A DNA stretch of 64,000 nt. Source: Myxococcales bacterium. Its GTDB lineage: Bacteria; Myxococcota_A; Polyangia; Polyangiales; Polyangiaceae. The stretch covers positions 10,541 to 74,540 of the forward strand of contig JAYTOU010000040.1 of the NCBI GenBank assembly GCA_043747615.1. The letters run 5' to 3'. Every line of letters starts with the position of its first letter. Position 1 is the first letter of the stretch. This document shows, in pieces, positions 49,377 to 58,246 of this stretch. The notes beneath the pieces are model-generated. The model made no database searches, had not been told where the DNA came from, and saw nothing but the letters and a program-made list of their open reading frames with translations. A program made the translations under genes and the position numbers.

Positions 49377-52300
49377 TCACTTCTTCTTCTGCCCAGGAAG
49401 TCCGCCGCCCTGTCGACCCTTCGGCTTGGCGCCACCACCACCCCCGCCACCGCCGGTCTTGGGGGATGCGTTCTTGACCGCCGGTTTGTCGGAGTCGGAC
49501 GACGTCGCCGTTCCGATCGCTTTGTCTGCCGGACCGCTGTTCGCGGGGTGCCAAAGCTGGCCTCCCACGACAAGGGGCGGCGACTTGTCGTCGAGGCCGC
49601 TGTTGGAGAGCGTCGGCGCGCCACGGAGCTCGTCGACGACGTGGTATTCAGCCTTGTAGTTCTTGGCGAGCCACACTTCGCAGCTTCGGGAGAACTGGTC
49701 GAAGTACTGAAACTTCACGGAGTACGCGAGGCACGTCACGAGCGCCGGCTTGGCCTTCCCGGCCTTGACCGGCTCGCTCTTGCCGTCGAGCGCGTCGTAG
49801 TAGATGCCGCGCATCTCGGCGTCCTTCTTCCATGCCGTCGGAATCGGCGCAGCGCGGAAGTCGTCGACGAAGCCGCCCCACATGAGACCGACGCGGGAGC
49901 CCGCCGCGATGACCCACTTCGGCGGCGCATCGGGCTGGAGATCGACGATCTTCTTGTATTCTGCAGCTACTTTGTCGATCGCCGGACCCTTCTTTTCGAG
50001 CCAATCCTTCACCTTGGTATTGATGTGCTTGAGCACGTCTTCCTTGGTGCCGGCTCCCTTGTATTCCGGGAACTTGATCGGATCGACGATGGTGCGTTTC
50101 TGCTTCTCCGCGAAGTAGAAGTACGCTTCACCGACTGCGTTCAGCGCTTTTCCGAGCCGCTTCCCTTTTTGACCTTCGTCTTCGCCGGGGTAGGCCTCGT
50201 TGATCTTCTTCACGGCTGTCGCCGGATCGGACCAGATGGCACGGACGCGGCTGTATTCGGCGTCCGCGCCGATGTCGGCTTTGGTGTTGACGTAGGCACG
50301 ACCGAGCGTTGCGTGAGCCTGGACCTGCACGTCGGGCGATGCTTTGTCGAAGAGTGCCTTCGAGCCTTCGAGCGACGTGCGGGCCGCTTTCCAGTCTTCT
50401 TTTTCAGCGTAGTGATTGCCGATTGCGAAGGCGATGGAGGCGGTCGTCGTGGGCTTCGATGCGCCGTAGTTCTTGCGGAAGTCGGACGCGTCCGTAATCG
50501 CTTTATCTTCGTCGCCGAGACCCAGTCGCAAGAGAACGGCGTCGCTCAGCGCGCTGTCTGCATTCTCTGCTTTCGGATTTTCGCGGGCGTATTTCTCGAA
50601 CCACTCGGCCGCCTGATCGTAGACGGCGATCGCCTGATAGTTGCCGCCGATTTCGTAGGTGGCCTTCTTGGCGAGCTCACCTTTTTCCATGTGGAAGCGC
50701 GAGTCGAGGAGGGTCCGGCGGGCCAAGATCGACTTGGCGACGAGGCGCGCAGCCTGGAACGAACGGGCGGAGTTGTAGACGATTTCGTCGAGCTTCTCGC
50801 ACTGCGCCGGCTGACCCGCGAGGATCGGGCCTTCGCCGTATTTTCGCCAAAGCTCGAAGTACGTGTTGCCCGCTTGCTCGTAGGTGCCGAGCGCGGAGGC
50901 CCCTCCCTTGTCGGCCAGCTCGACGAGCTTCTGCGCTTTGAGACGCTGAATGTCGCACTGGATCTTGGTGAGGGTCGTGCACTGCTCGGCGTTCTTCGTG
51001 GCCTTCTCGCCGCCGCAGTAGAGCTCGATGAACTTGGGAACGTCCGACGCCATGTCGTCGTAGCAAGACGGCCGCGGGGGGTTGGAGTGCGCACCGAGAA
51101 CGTTGACGCTCTCGAGATAAAGCTGAGCGGCGTAGATTCCAACGTCGCGATCGCTGTTGTCCAACGCGATTTCACGGAAGGCGATGGCCGCTTCTTCCCA
51201 GTGCTGCGATTCGAAGTACGTGCGCGCTCGGGCGTACTTCACTTCGACGAGCTGGTCCTGGCCGGTCGCGTCCGTCTTCGCCGGGTGGATGTAGCAAATG
51301 TAGCGGTTGAAGGCGGTGACCATGCCCTTCTGATTGTCGGTGAAAGCCTTGGGCGCGAGCTTCGCGTCCTCTTCGGTCTTCTGGTCTGCTGCGCTCTTCT
51401 TGCTGCTGCTCGACTGGCCGGGAAGGTTGCCCGCGCCCTGACGATCGGTGCCGCCTTTGTGAATCTGCTCGTAGATGTTCTGGTAGCAGAGCACGGAGGC
51501 GTACGCGGCCTCTGCGGCTTCGGGAGCCGTGGGGTTTTCGGCAACGACGCTATCGAAGGCCGGACCGCAATCTGCCCAGCGCTGCTGGAAATACAGAAGG
51601 TCGGCCATTGCGTATTTGATCTTGTAGATGTTCGGCCAATCTTCTTTGACGACGCGCGGGAACTGGAAGGTTGCGAACTCCTGCGCGTTCCAGGTGTCGA
51701 CCACCTTCTTGTAGAGATAAGCGGCGAGGCCCATCGTTTTCGGATCGCCCGTGCCGCGCTGTCCGCCGGAGCCGACGGTCTCGAGGTGCCAGGCCATCGC
51801 GGTTTCCGTGGCGAGAGCGGCTGTCTTGTTCGCGCACTCCTGCTTCGATTCCGCGCTGTGATTGCCGGCCTTGAAGTCGTTGTAGGCTTTGATCTGATTG
51901 TCGACTTCGCCCTTGATGGCCTCCTTGTTTCCGGATTTCATCGCCAGCGTCGCTTCGGTGATGTGCGCCTGGTAGAGGCAGTGCTTGTCGCCGTTGCGGT
52001 CGCGAACCATGAGATCGCGGTAGAGGCTGATCGCCTCGGGATAATGGCCCGTATCGAGATAGTTGTTCCCGAGGTCGTCCATCATCTTGAACGTTTTTTC
52101 GTTCGAGCCAGCCGCGTCTCCCGAGAGGTTGTGGAAGAAGTTGTAGGCCGCGCTCGGATCACCCTTAAGGGCGTAAACGGGGATGACGTCGCGACGCGCG
52201 CTGTCCGCAAGCTTGGCGGCTCCGGGGGTCTGGCTGAATTGGACGCCGTAGTCGATCGTCTTCTTGAATGCGTTGAGCGACTTGTCGAGCTCGCCCTTGT

Positions 52301-53219
52301 TCCAGAAGACGTACGCCAGCTTGTACCACGCGTAGCCGTAGACCTTGTTGGTGGCCGCCGGGAACTTGATGACTTCGACGTACGCCTGCGCCGCGAGATC
52401 CCACTTGGACGGATCGCCCTGGGCCTCGTTGAAGAAGAGCTCACCGAATGCCAAGTACGCATTCGGGATGTACTTCGAGTTTGGCATCTTGTTGATGAGC
52501 TCGAGATACACTTTGCGAGCATTCGCGTTGTCGCTCGACTGCTCGTACTCGTACGCGAGGTAGTAAAGAACCTCGTCGAGCTGCGGATAGTTCGGATACT
52601 CCGCGCGAATCATATTGTAGTTCGCTTCGGCCAAGCCGCGGGCGCGCGTCATGATCTGCGCGGCCTGGTTGGCGGCCGCCTGCTTTTGGCTGGCCACCGC
52701 CGGATTCGTCTTCTTGTTGGCGTCGCGTTCGATCTCCGCCATCGTCTTTTCGCGGGTCGCGGCGCTCTCGAGCTCGACGTAGTCCTCGGCGAGACGGCGG
52801 GCGAGCGTGGGGCGATCGGGTGCGTTCTTCGGAGTGGTGCGGAAGAGACTTTCCAGCCCTGAAATCTCTGTCACGAGAAGCGCTTTCGCGCGGGACGCGA
52901 GACGGTTCTTCCGCTGATCGCGCTCGGGCGCGCCTTCGCTCGGCGCGCTTGGCGCTTTCTGCTGATCGCGCTTTTTGAGATCGGCAGGAGGCGGCGCGCT
53001 GTGGAAGTTGACCTTCGGAGCCTTGCCGCGACCGGCGACGTCGAACGACGTAGGACCGTTGTTCGAGCAGGCCGACAGCGTCTTCTTGGCGTCCTCGGTG
53101 ACGCAGGCACCGCCAGCGGTGGGCGTGGAAGCGGCGGCTGGGCCGGACTGCTGGGCGGTGGCTGTCGCCGCCGAGGTGGACAACGCAATCACCAACAAAG
53201 AAGAGAGAACGCGACTCAT
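49377..53219 (-). CDS. gltD: GltD/AgmU-like periplasmic TPR protein
   Basis: Signal peptide; EYPNYPQLDEVLYYLAY..PNSKYIPNAYLAFGELFF; about 1280 aa; GGAGG upstream of the ATG. Confidence 0.8.
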   Translation of the reverse strand: MSRVLSSLLVIALSTSAATATAQQSGPAAASTPTAGGACVTEDAKKTLSACSNNGPTSFDVAGRGKAPKVNFHSAPPPADLKKRDQQKAPSAPSEGAPERDQRKNRLASRAKALLVTEISGLESLFRTTPKNAPDRPTLARRLAEDYVELESAATREKTMAEIERDANKKTNPAVASQKQAAANQAAQIMTRARGLAEANYNMIRAEYPNYPQLDEVLYYLAYEYEQSSDNANARKVYLELINKMPNSKYIPNAYLAFGELFFNEAQGDPSKWDLAAQAYVEVIKFPAATNKVYGYAWYKLAYVFWNKGELDKSLNAFKKTIDYGVQFSQTPGAAKLADSARRDVIPVYALKGDPSAAYNFFHNLSGDAAGSNEKTFKMMDDLGNNYLDTGHYPEAISLYRDLMVRDRNGDKHCLYQAHITEATLAMKSGNKEAIKGEVDNQIKAYNDFKAGNHSAESKQECANKTAALATETAMAWHLETVGSGGQRGTGDPKTMGLAAYLYKKVVDTWNAQEFATFQFPRVVKEDWPNIYKIKYAMADLLYFQQRWADCGPAFDSVVAENPTAPEAAEAAYASVLCYQNIYEQIHKGGTDRQGAGNLPGQSSSSKKSAADQKTEEDAKLAPKAFTDNQKGMVTAFNRYICYIHPAKTDATGQDQLVEVKYARARTYFESQHWEEAAIAFREIALDNSDRDVGIYAAQLYLESVNVLGAHSNPPRPSCYDDMASDVPKFIELYCGGEKATKNAEQCTTLTKIQCDIQRLKAQKLVELADKGGASALGTYEQAGNTYFELWRKYGEGPILAGQPAQCEKLDEIVYNSARSFQAARLVAKSILARRTLLDSRFHMEKGELAKKATYEIGGNYQAIAVYDQAAEWFEKYARENPKAENADSALSDAVLLRLGLGDEDKAITDASDFRKNYGASKPTTTASIAFAIGNHYAEKEDWKAARTSLEGSKALFDKASPDVQVQAHATLGRAYVNTKADIGADAEYSRVRAIWSDPATAVKKINEAYPGEDEGQKGKRLGKALNAVGEAYFYFAEKQKRTIVDPIKFPEYKGAGTKEDVLKHINTKVKDWLEKKGPAIDKVAAEYKKIVDLQPDAPPKWVIAAGSRVGLMWGGFVDDFRAAPIPTAWKKDAEMRGIYYDALDGKSEPVKAGKAKPALVTCLAYSVKFQYFDQFSRSCEVWLAKNYKAEYHVVDELRGAPTLSNSGLDDKSPPLVVGGQLWHPANSGPADKAIGTATSSDSDKPAVKNASPKTGGGGGGGGAKPKGRQGGGLPGQKKK

Positions 53220-53224
53220 ATGAA

Positions 53225-55009
53225 CTACCTCCCGCACTTCGACGTGATGGTCTGGCGGTAATATCCGAGCTCGTCACGCCAATACTCGCCGTTGAACGGC
53301 CAGATCACGTGCTCTTCGTCGGGCTTGACGATATTGGCTTTCGATTCCGCCGCAGTGACCTGCCCGCCGGCGATGGCGACGTCGAGCTGGTTACGTTGGG
53401 CGGCAGTGATGTCGATCAAGATCTTCGCGCTGTTGCGGAGGTGCTCGTTCAGCTCGTCCAAGTTTCGCTGGTAGCGATCACGAGCAAGCTGCCCGGCATT
53501 TCGGACGGCGAGATCGCGGGCGAGCTGGAGCTGGTCCTTCACGTCGTTACCGAGCGGCGAAGTCTGGAACGTCTGCGGCTTGGCCTTGAATCGGACCCCT
53601 TCGTCGTCGAGCACCTTTACGTACTCGAGATTCCTGAGGAGCTGACGATCGGAGAGCGCGTTCTCGACGATGGGCTTGATCTTCGCGTCGAGGCCGGCGC
53701 GATCCGTCTTGCCGTCTTTGGCTTCCTTGTCGTCGCGCACGTCTCTCAGAAACTTGTAGAAAGCTTCTTCTTGGTTGTCGCCCTTGAAGCTCGCGAGCTT
53801 CTTGTTGAGCGCGTCGAAGATCGGCTGATTGCGCTGCTGGAATTGCGCGACGATGACGGTGGCATCTTCGTATTGGCAATTGGCAAAGTAGATGACCGCT
53901 TTGAGGACTTCCGCCTCGGGATAATGCGAGTTGGGGAAGTACGGCGCGCCGATGGTATGGATGTTCCCGAGCGCGTGCGAATAGTCGCCGGCCATGAAGT
54001 AAGCCCACGACTCTTCGAAGAGGCCGTCGAGCCAGTACTCGCTCGCGACGTCGACCTTGTTCCAGTACTTGACGGCGGCAGACAGCTTCGCCGTGTCGAT
54101 GCTCGGCGAGTTGTTCTCGTCGAGCCGAACGGAGGCTGAATAATAGGTGCGTGCCATCGAGAGGTACGCGAGATCGCGCATACGCGATTCGTCCTCGACG
54201 CCCTCGACGCCTTCGTCGATCGCGCCGACGATGCGCTGGAAAGCCTGGACGGCGGGGACGCTCTTGCGGAGCTGGACGTTCGAGATGCCCGAGAAGAACT
54301 GGGACTGAACGTAGTACTTCGACTGACGATCGACCTTCTGGAAGAGGCGCAGTGCTTCTTCGTATTGACGATTGCGGTACTTGTACCGGCCGAGAAGGTA
54401 ATTGAGCTGCCAGAACAAATCGCGCTGATTGGAATTGTTGAACTTGGCAATCTGCTCGTCATTGTACTTGCCGACGCGCTCGACGATGTCGGCGGGCTCG
54501 GGCAAGTCGGTGGCAAGCTTGGAGAGCCAGAGAAGCGTTTCGTTGAACTTGAGGTGGTTCGGCTTCTCCGCGATCTCGCTGAAGATGGCGTAGGCCGCTT
54601 GATAGAACTTCATGCGGTAGAGCGCGATCGACAGGTGATACTGCGCGAGCTGCTTGTTGCCTTCGTCGTCGCCCGTTTCGCCCTTGCGGACGCGGTCGAG
54701 AGCGAGCGCCGCTTCGGACCACTTCTCGCCGTCGAAGAGGCGCTTGGCCTGTGCGGCCTGCTCCGTCATCTGACCGGCTTGGGGCGGAGGCGAGTTGTCG
54801 ACGACCTTCGGCGAGCTCCCGGTTTTGCCGGGTGTGGGATCGTCGAGCTCGACGTCCGCGCTCTTCGGCCCAGGCTTCGGCGCCGGAGCTGCAGGCGTAG
54901 GCTTCTTCTTCCGCGGCTGAGCCTCTGCGCTCGTCACGCTCGTCCCGCCAACGAAACACATTGCTGTCGCCAAGAGGCAAATGCGCGCCACCGATTTACG
55001 CATCGTCAT
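53225..55009 (-). CDS. gltC: GltC-like periplasmic TPR protein
   Basis: Signal peptide; LFEESWAYF..ALGNIHT; C-terminal WPFNGEYWRDELGYY..SKC. Confidence 0.85.
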   Translation of the reverse strand: MTMRKSVARICLLATAMCFVGGTSVTSAEAQPRKKKPTPAAPAPKPGPKSADVELDDPTPGKTGSSPKVVDNSPPPQAGQMTEQAAQAKRLFDGEKWSEAALALDRVRKGETGDDEGNKQLAQYHLSIALYRMKFYQAAYAIFSEIAEKPNHLKFNETLLWLSKLATDLPEPADIVERVGKYNDEQIAKFNNSNQRDLFWQLNYLLGRYKYRNRQYEEALRLFQKVDRQSKYYVQSQFFSGISNVQLRKSVPAVQAFQRIVGAIDEGVEGVEDESRMRDLAYLSMARTYYSASVRLDENNSPSIDTAKLSAAVKYWNKVDVASEYWLDGLFEESWAYFMAGDYSHALGNIHTIGAPYFPNSHYPEAEVLKAVIYFANCQYEDATVIVAQFQQRNQPIFDALNKKLASFKGDNQEEAFYKFLRDVRDDKEAKDGKTDRAGLDAKIKPIVENALSDRQLLRNLEYVKVLDDEGVRFKAKPQTFQTSPLGNDVKDQLQLARDLAVRNAGQLARDRYQRNLDELNEHLRNSAKILIDITAAQRNQLDVAIAGGQVTAAESKANIVKPDEEHVIWPFNGEYWRDELGYYRQTITSKCGR

Positions 55010-55365
55010 GCTCCTGCTCTCCCTACTTTCGACCGCCGCAACGACGGTCCCGCGAATGCTTAGTGAGTGATGGCCCCGCGCGCGCGACTTCGTCTTCGCG
55101 TTACGTCGAGGCGTCGAGAATCCAATGTGAACCGAGCTCGTGCTCCGAGCGCGTCGACGAAATTCCCAACGATGTCCAAAGGATATTCACGCCGAGGGGC
55201 GCGATGGTACGGACCCCCTTTCGAATTTGTCAAGCGCGAAGGTGAGACCCGCAGGCCGCTTGGTCCCTTGGTTCCGACCCAAGACTATGTGCCGCTTGAC
55301 GTGTTTCAAGTGACTCGGTTAACGTTCGGCCCCCGGCAAGACGGACGTGAGGTCTGCTGGCCATA

Positions 55366-55417
55366 GTGAAGCAGACCAGTGAAGCAGACCCGTGAAGCAG
55401 ATGCGAGAGGCAGATGC
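55366..55417 (+). repeat. 13-bp tandem repeat x4 in the gltC/gltK intergenic region
   Basis: gtgaagcagacca gtgaagcagaccc gtgaagcagatgc gagaggcagatgc. Confidence 0.8.
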
Positions 55418-55458
55418 GACGCGCAATCCGACGATCCGTTAGGGAGAGCACTCCAAAT

Positions 55459-56067
55459 ATGAACCGCTCGATTTTGGCATTCATCGCGGCTGGCGCAGTG
55501 GTCGGACTCCTCACGGCTCCGGGCTGCAAAGCAACCGGCATCGGCGATCCTTGCATCCCCGAGCAAGAGTACACCGACACCTTCAACGGCTTCGACGAGG
55601 GACAAGTGAACGTCGAGTCAAAGAGCTTTCAGTGCCAAACCCGGCTCTGTCTCGTGAATCACTTCCGCGGTCGCGCGTCCTGTCAGTACGGCCAGGACAG
55701 CAATGGCAACGCCCCCACGATGGCCGCCGCCTGCACCGTCCCCGGCGACAAATTGCATCCGATCACCGGGAATCCCGCCGACAAGAAGAAAGGCAAAACC
55801 GTTGCCGCCCAGTGCACCGACCGCACGGCCGACAAAGCCGTCTACTGCTCGTGCCGCTGCGCCAACGTCGACAACAAGACGGATGACGGCGGCAACTACT
55901 GCGCATGCCCCGATGGCTTCACGTGCGAGCAGCTCGTGAGCTCGATCGGCGGCAGCAACGAGGGTCTCACCGGCGGCTACTGCATCAAGGCCGGCACGAA
56001 GTACGACCGCGCCAACGCCTGCGCATCGCCGTGCGACCCGACGACCTCGGTGTGCCCCGGCCTGTAG
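55459..56067 (+). CDS. Cys-rich lipoprotein, GltK/CglC-like
   Basis: Lipobox APGC; IGDPC, CQTRLC and YCSCRC pattern; divergent from gltC. Confidence 0.65.
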   Translation: MNRSILAFIAAGAVVGLLTAPGCKATGIGDPCIPEQEYTDTFNGFDEGQVNVESKSFQCQTRLCLVNHFRGRASCQYGQDSNGNAPTMAAACTVPGDKLHPITGNPADKKKGKTVAAQCTDRTADKAVYCSCRCANVDNKTDDGGNYCACPDGFTCEQLVSSIGGSNEGLTGGYCIKAGTKYDRANACASPCDPTTSVCPGL

Positions 56068-56465
56068 TCTCGAGGCGCGCCCCCGGGCGTGACCGTGGTT
56101 CGAACCGCACTCTCATCGGGCGGCGAGCCGAGCTCGCGGTCATCGACTATTTGTTCGTGCGCGGCTTCGTGGTTCTCGCGGCGAATTTGCGGCTTGGGTA
56201 TCTGGAGCTGGACGTCGTGGCGCGACGCGGGCCGCTGGCTGTAATCGTCGAAGTACGGACACGCGGGACGACCGCATACGAAAAATCGCTCGCCAGCCTC
56301 AACGGACTGAAACGCATGCGCATCCTCCACGCGGCCGATCGCCTCTGGCGCAAGGAGCTCTCCAAGATCGCGAGCATCGAGCGGTTACGCATCGACGTTG
56401 CGGCCGTCACCTTCGACGGTCCGGCGACCTATGTAGAATACATTGAAGGCGCGATCAGCGCGTGA
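56052..56465 (+). CDS. YraN-family protein (start uncertain)
   Basis: GRRAELAVIDYL..GFVVLAAN..ELDVVARRG..IVEVRTR..LRIDVAAV. Confidence 0.85.
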   Translation: MPRPVVSRRAPGRDRGSNRTLIGRRAELAVIDYLFVRGFVVLAANLRLGYLELDVVARRGPLAVIVEVRTRGTTAYEKSLASLNGLKRMRILHAADRLWRKELSKIASIERLRIDVAAVTFDGPATYVEYIEGAISA

Positions 56466-56484
56466 CGACGGTCCGAAGGTCGAC

Positions 56485-57213
56485 TTAGTTGTTGAGGGAC
56501 GCGCGCATCTCGTCGCGGACGAGGGCTACCTTGGACAGCGCCTCCTCGCTTGCGCCGGCCGCGCGCGCGGTCTCCATCGCCGATTCGAGGAGCTCGATCT
56601 CCTTCGTTTGACGCTCACGGATCTTCTCGACCATCGTCTGGAAGGCTTCGAAGAAGGACTGCAGCTCGTCCCCTTTTCGCAGACCGCCGCGGAAGACGAG
56701 CTTCCCCTCGCCCACTTGGCGAAGGAGCATCTTCATCTTGTAGATCGGGCCGGCGACTTTGTGCGTGAAGTAGATGCCGAGGAGCCCGATGAGAATGACC
56801 ATCAAGGTGAGCCCGCCGACGAGCGATCCGAGCATCGTGTGCTGCTTCCGAATGAGCGCCCGCTGCTGCTCCATGATCTTCTTGTCGGAGTCGGTCGACG
56901 ATTGAGCGAAGGCCGCTGCGAGCTCGGGATTTGCGCCGTATTCCGGATCGTCCTTGATGCTCATCTTGACGACGTCGGAGACCTTCTTGCTCTCTTCGAC
57001 GACCTTCTGGCTCTCCTCAACGACCTCGCCGCTGGTCTGGTAGATGAACACTCCCAGGATGGCGCTGATGACCACCGTGACCCCGACGATCATGCTCGTG
57101 TATTTGAGCTGGAACCGTGAGTCGATCAGGTAATTTTTGAAGCTTCGTTGATGGCGGCCGCCACCTTGCTGAGCGGGCTGCTGGGTCGGCGCGGTCGTGG
57201 GTGCGGTCGTCAT
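56485..57213 (-). CDS. Two-TM HAMP-domain protein without an output domain
   Basis: YLIDSRFQLKY, two TMs, THKVAGPIYKM...LRKGDEL. Confidence 0.8.
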   Translation of the reverse strand: MTTAPTTAPTQQPAQQGGGRHQRSFKNYLIDSRFQLKYTSMIVGVTVVISAILGVFIYQTSGEVVEESQKVVEESKKVSDVVKMSIKDDPEYGANPELAAAFAQSSTDSDKKIMEQQRALIRKQHTMLGSLVGGLTLMVILIGLLGIYFTHKVAGPIYKMKMLLRQVGEGKLVFRGGLRKGDELQSFFEAFQTMVEKIRERQTKEIELLESAMETARAAGASEEALSKVALVRDEMRASLNN

Positions 57214-57280
57214 CGGATCCTACAATCTTCCTTAGAATGTGGCGGATGCGCCAGTTTGCGGCGAATGTTGGCGCCGGTCC

Positions 57281-58120
57281 TCATTGGAAATTTTGGAGGA
57301 AAAGCTCCACTGCCTTGCCAGCCGCCATTACGAGCAAGTTCTCCTCGGCGCTCTTGTCCCCAGGACTCACGCCACGCTGGGTCACCCCGGCCGGCACTTC
57401 ACCGCGCAAGTCTTTCCCTGGGTAGCTGGAGACTGCACATTTGACCCGAACGCGGAGATCCCCGCCGGCGTAGTCGAACTTATCGACCGCTATCGATAGG
57501 TGATAGCCCGTCATTTTACGGGTCTTGATGGCCTTCTTCGCGCTGTCGTTGGGCTCGTTGAGGGGGGCAATTTGCACGGTTCCCGAGGCATCGAGCTTCT
57601 GCCTGACGGTGGCCAAGACGACGCGGTCGATGTCCGCTTGCGAGCGACTGGTGTTGTTCGTGATGTTCACCGAGACGTAGAACTTCGCGTTCGGGACGTT
57701 TCGAGGTGTGAACGCGCCATCTCCGGGGGCAGGGGCGGGCGCGCTGGATGCCTCGAGAGCGTCGATGGCGCGCGTGAGCTGGAGCTTCACGGTCGAATCG
57801 CTCTCGTTCGCGAGGCGACCTTTCAAGCAACCAAGGGCCGACGGGCGGGCAAGGCGCTTCAACGCCGCTGCCGAGATCTGACGGACGATCTCGCTCGAAT
57901 CAGAGAGCGCACCGCACAACGGACCCACGGCACCATCGTCGTCGACCGCGCCGAGGGCGAGGGCAGCCTGGGTTCGCACGCGAAAGTCGTCTGATCGCAG
58001 GCGCTCACTGAGGAAGGCGACGCGGCTACCGTCGGCGCGGGCCAGCGTGCCCACCGTGCTCACAAGGACGAAGACGCTGGCGAAAATCAGCCACGCGGCC
58101 CACGGGACGTTTCTCCGCAT
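57281..58120 (-). CDS. Exported HEAT-repeat protein
   Basis: Signal peptide ending ARA; DFRVRTQAALALG and DSSEIVRQISAAAL repeats. Confidence 0.75.
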   Translation of the reverse strand: MRRNVPWAAWLIFASVFVLVSTVGTLARADGSRVAFLSERLRSDDFRVRTQAALALGAVDDDGAVGPLCGALSDSSEIVRQISAAALKRLARPSALGCLKGRLANESDSTVKLQLTRAIDALEASSAPAPAPGDGAFTPRNVPNAKFYVSVNITNNTSRSQADIDRVVLATVRQKLDASGTVQIAPLNEPNDSAKKAIKTRKMTGYHLSIAVDKFDYAGGDLRVRVKCAVSSYPGKDLRGEVPAGVTQRGVSPGDKSAEENLLVMAAGKAVELFLQNFQ

Positions 58121-58246
58121 ACGGGGATTAACGCTATCACGTATCGCGACGGGCTTGCGAGCGGCTCGACGGCCCCTCGGCCTCACTTCGCTGTTCACCT
58201 TCACCCACCTCCGCATCAACCACACGAGCGGCAATCCCCACCAACG

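Noticed and set aside
49548..52862. 1104-aa plus-strand ORF, and other long antisense ORFs (32663-34048, 44150-45709, 48091-49659, 58814-60973)
   Set aside because: Shadow ORFs opposite well-supported genes. Expected from high-GC codon bias; no motifs.
55366..55417. CRISPR array
   Set aside because: Repeats are 13 bp, adjacent and spacer-less; no cas genes.
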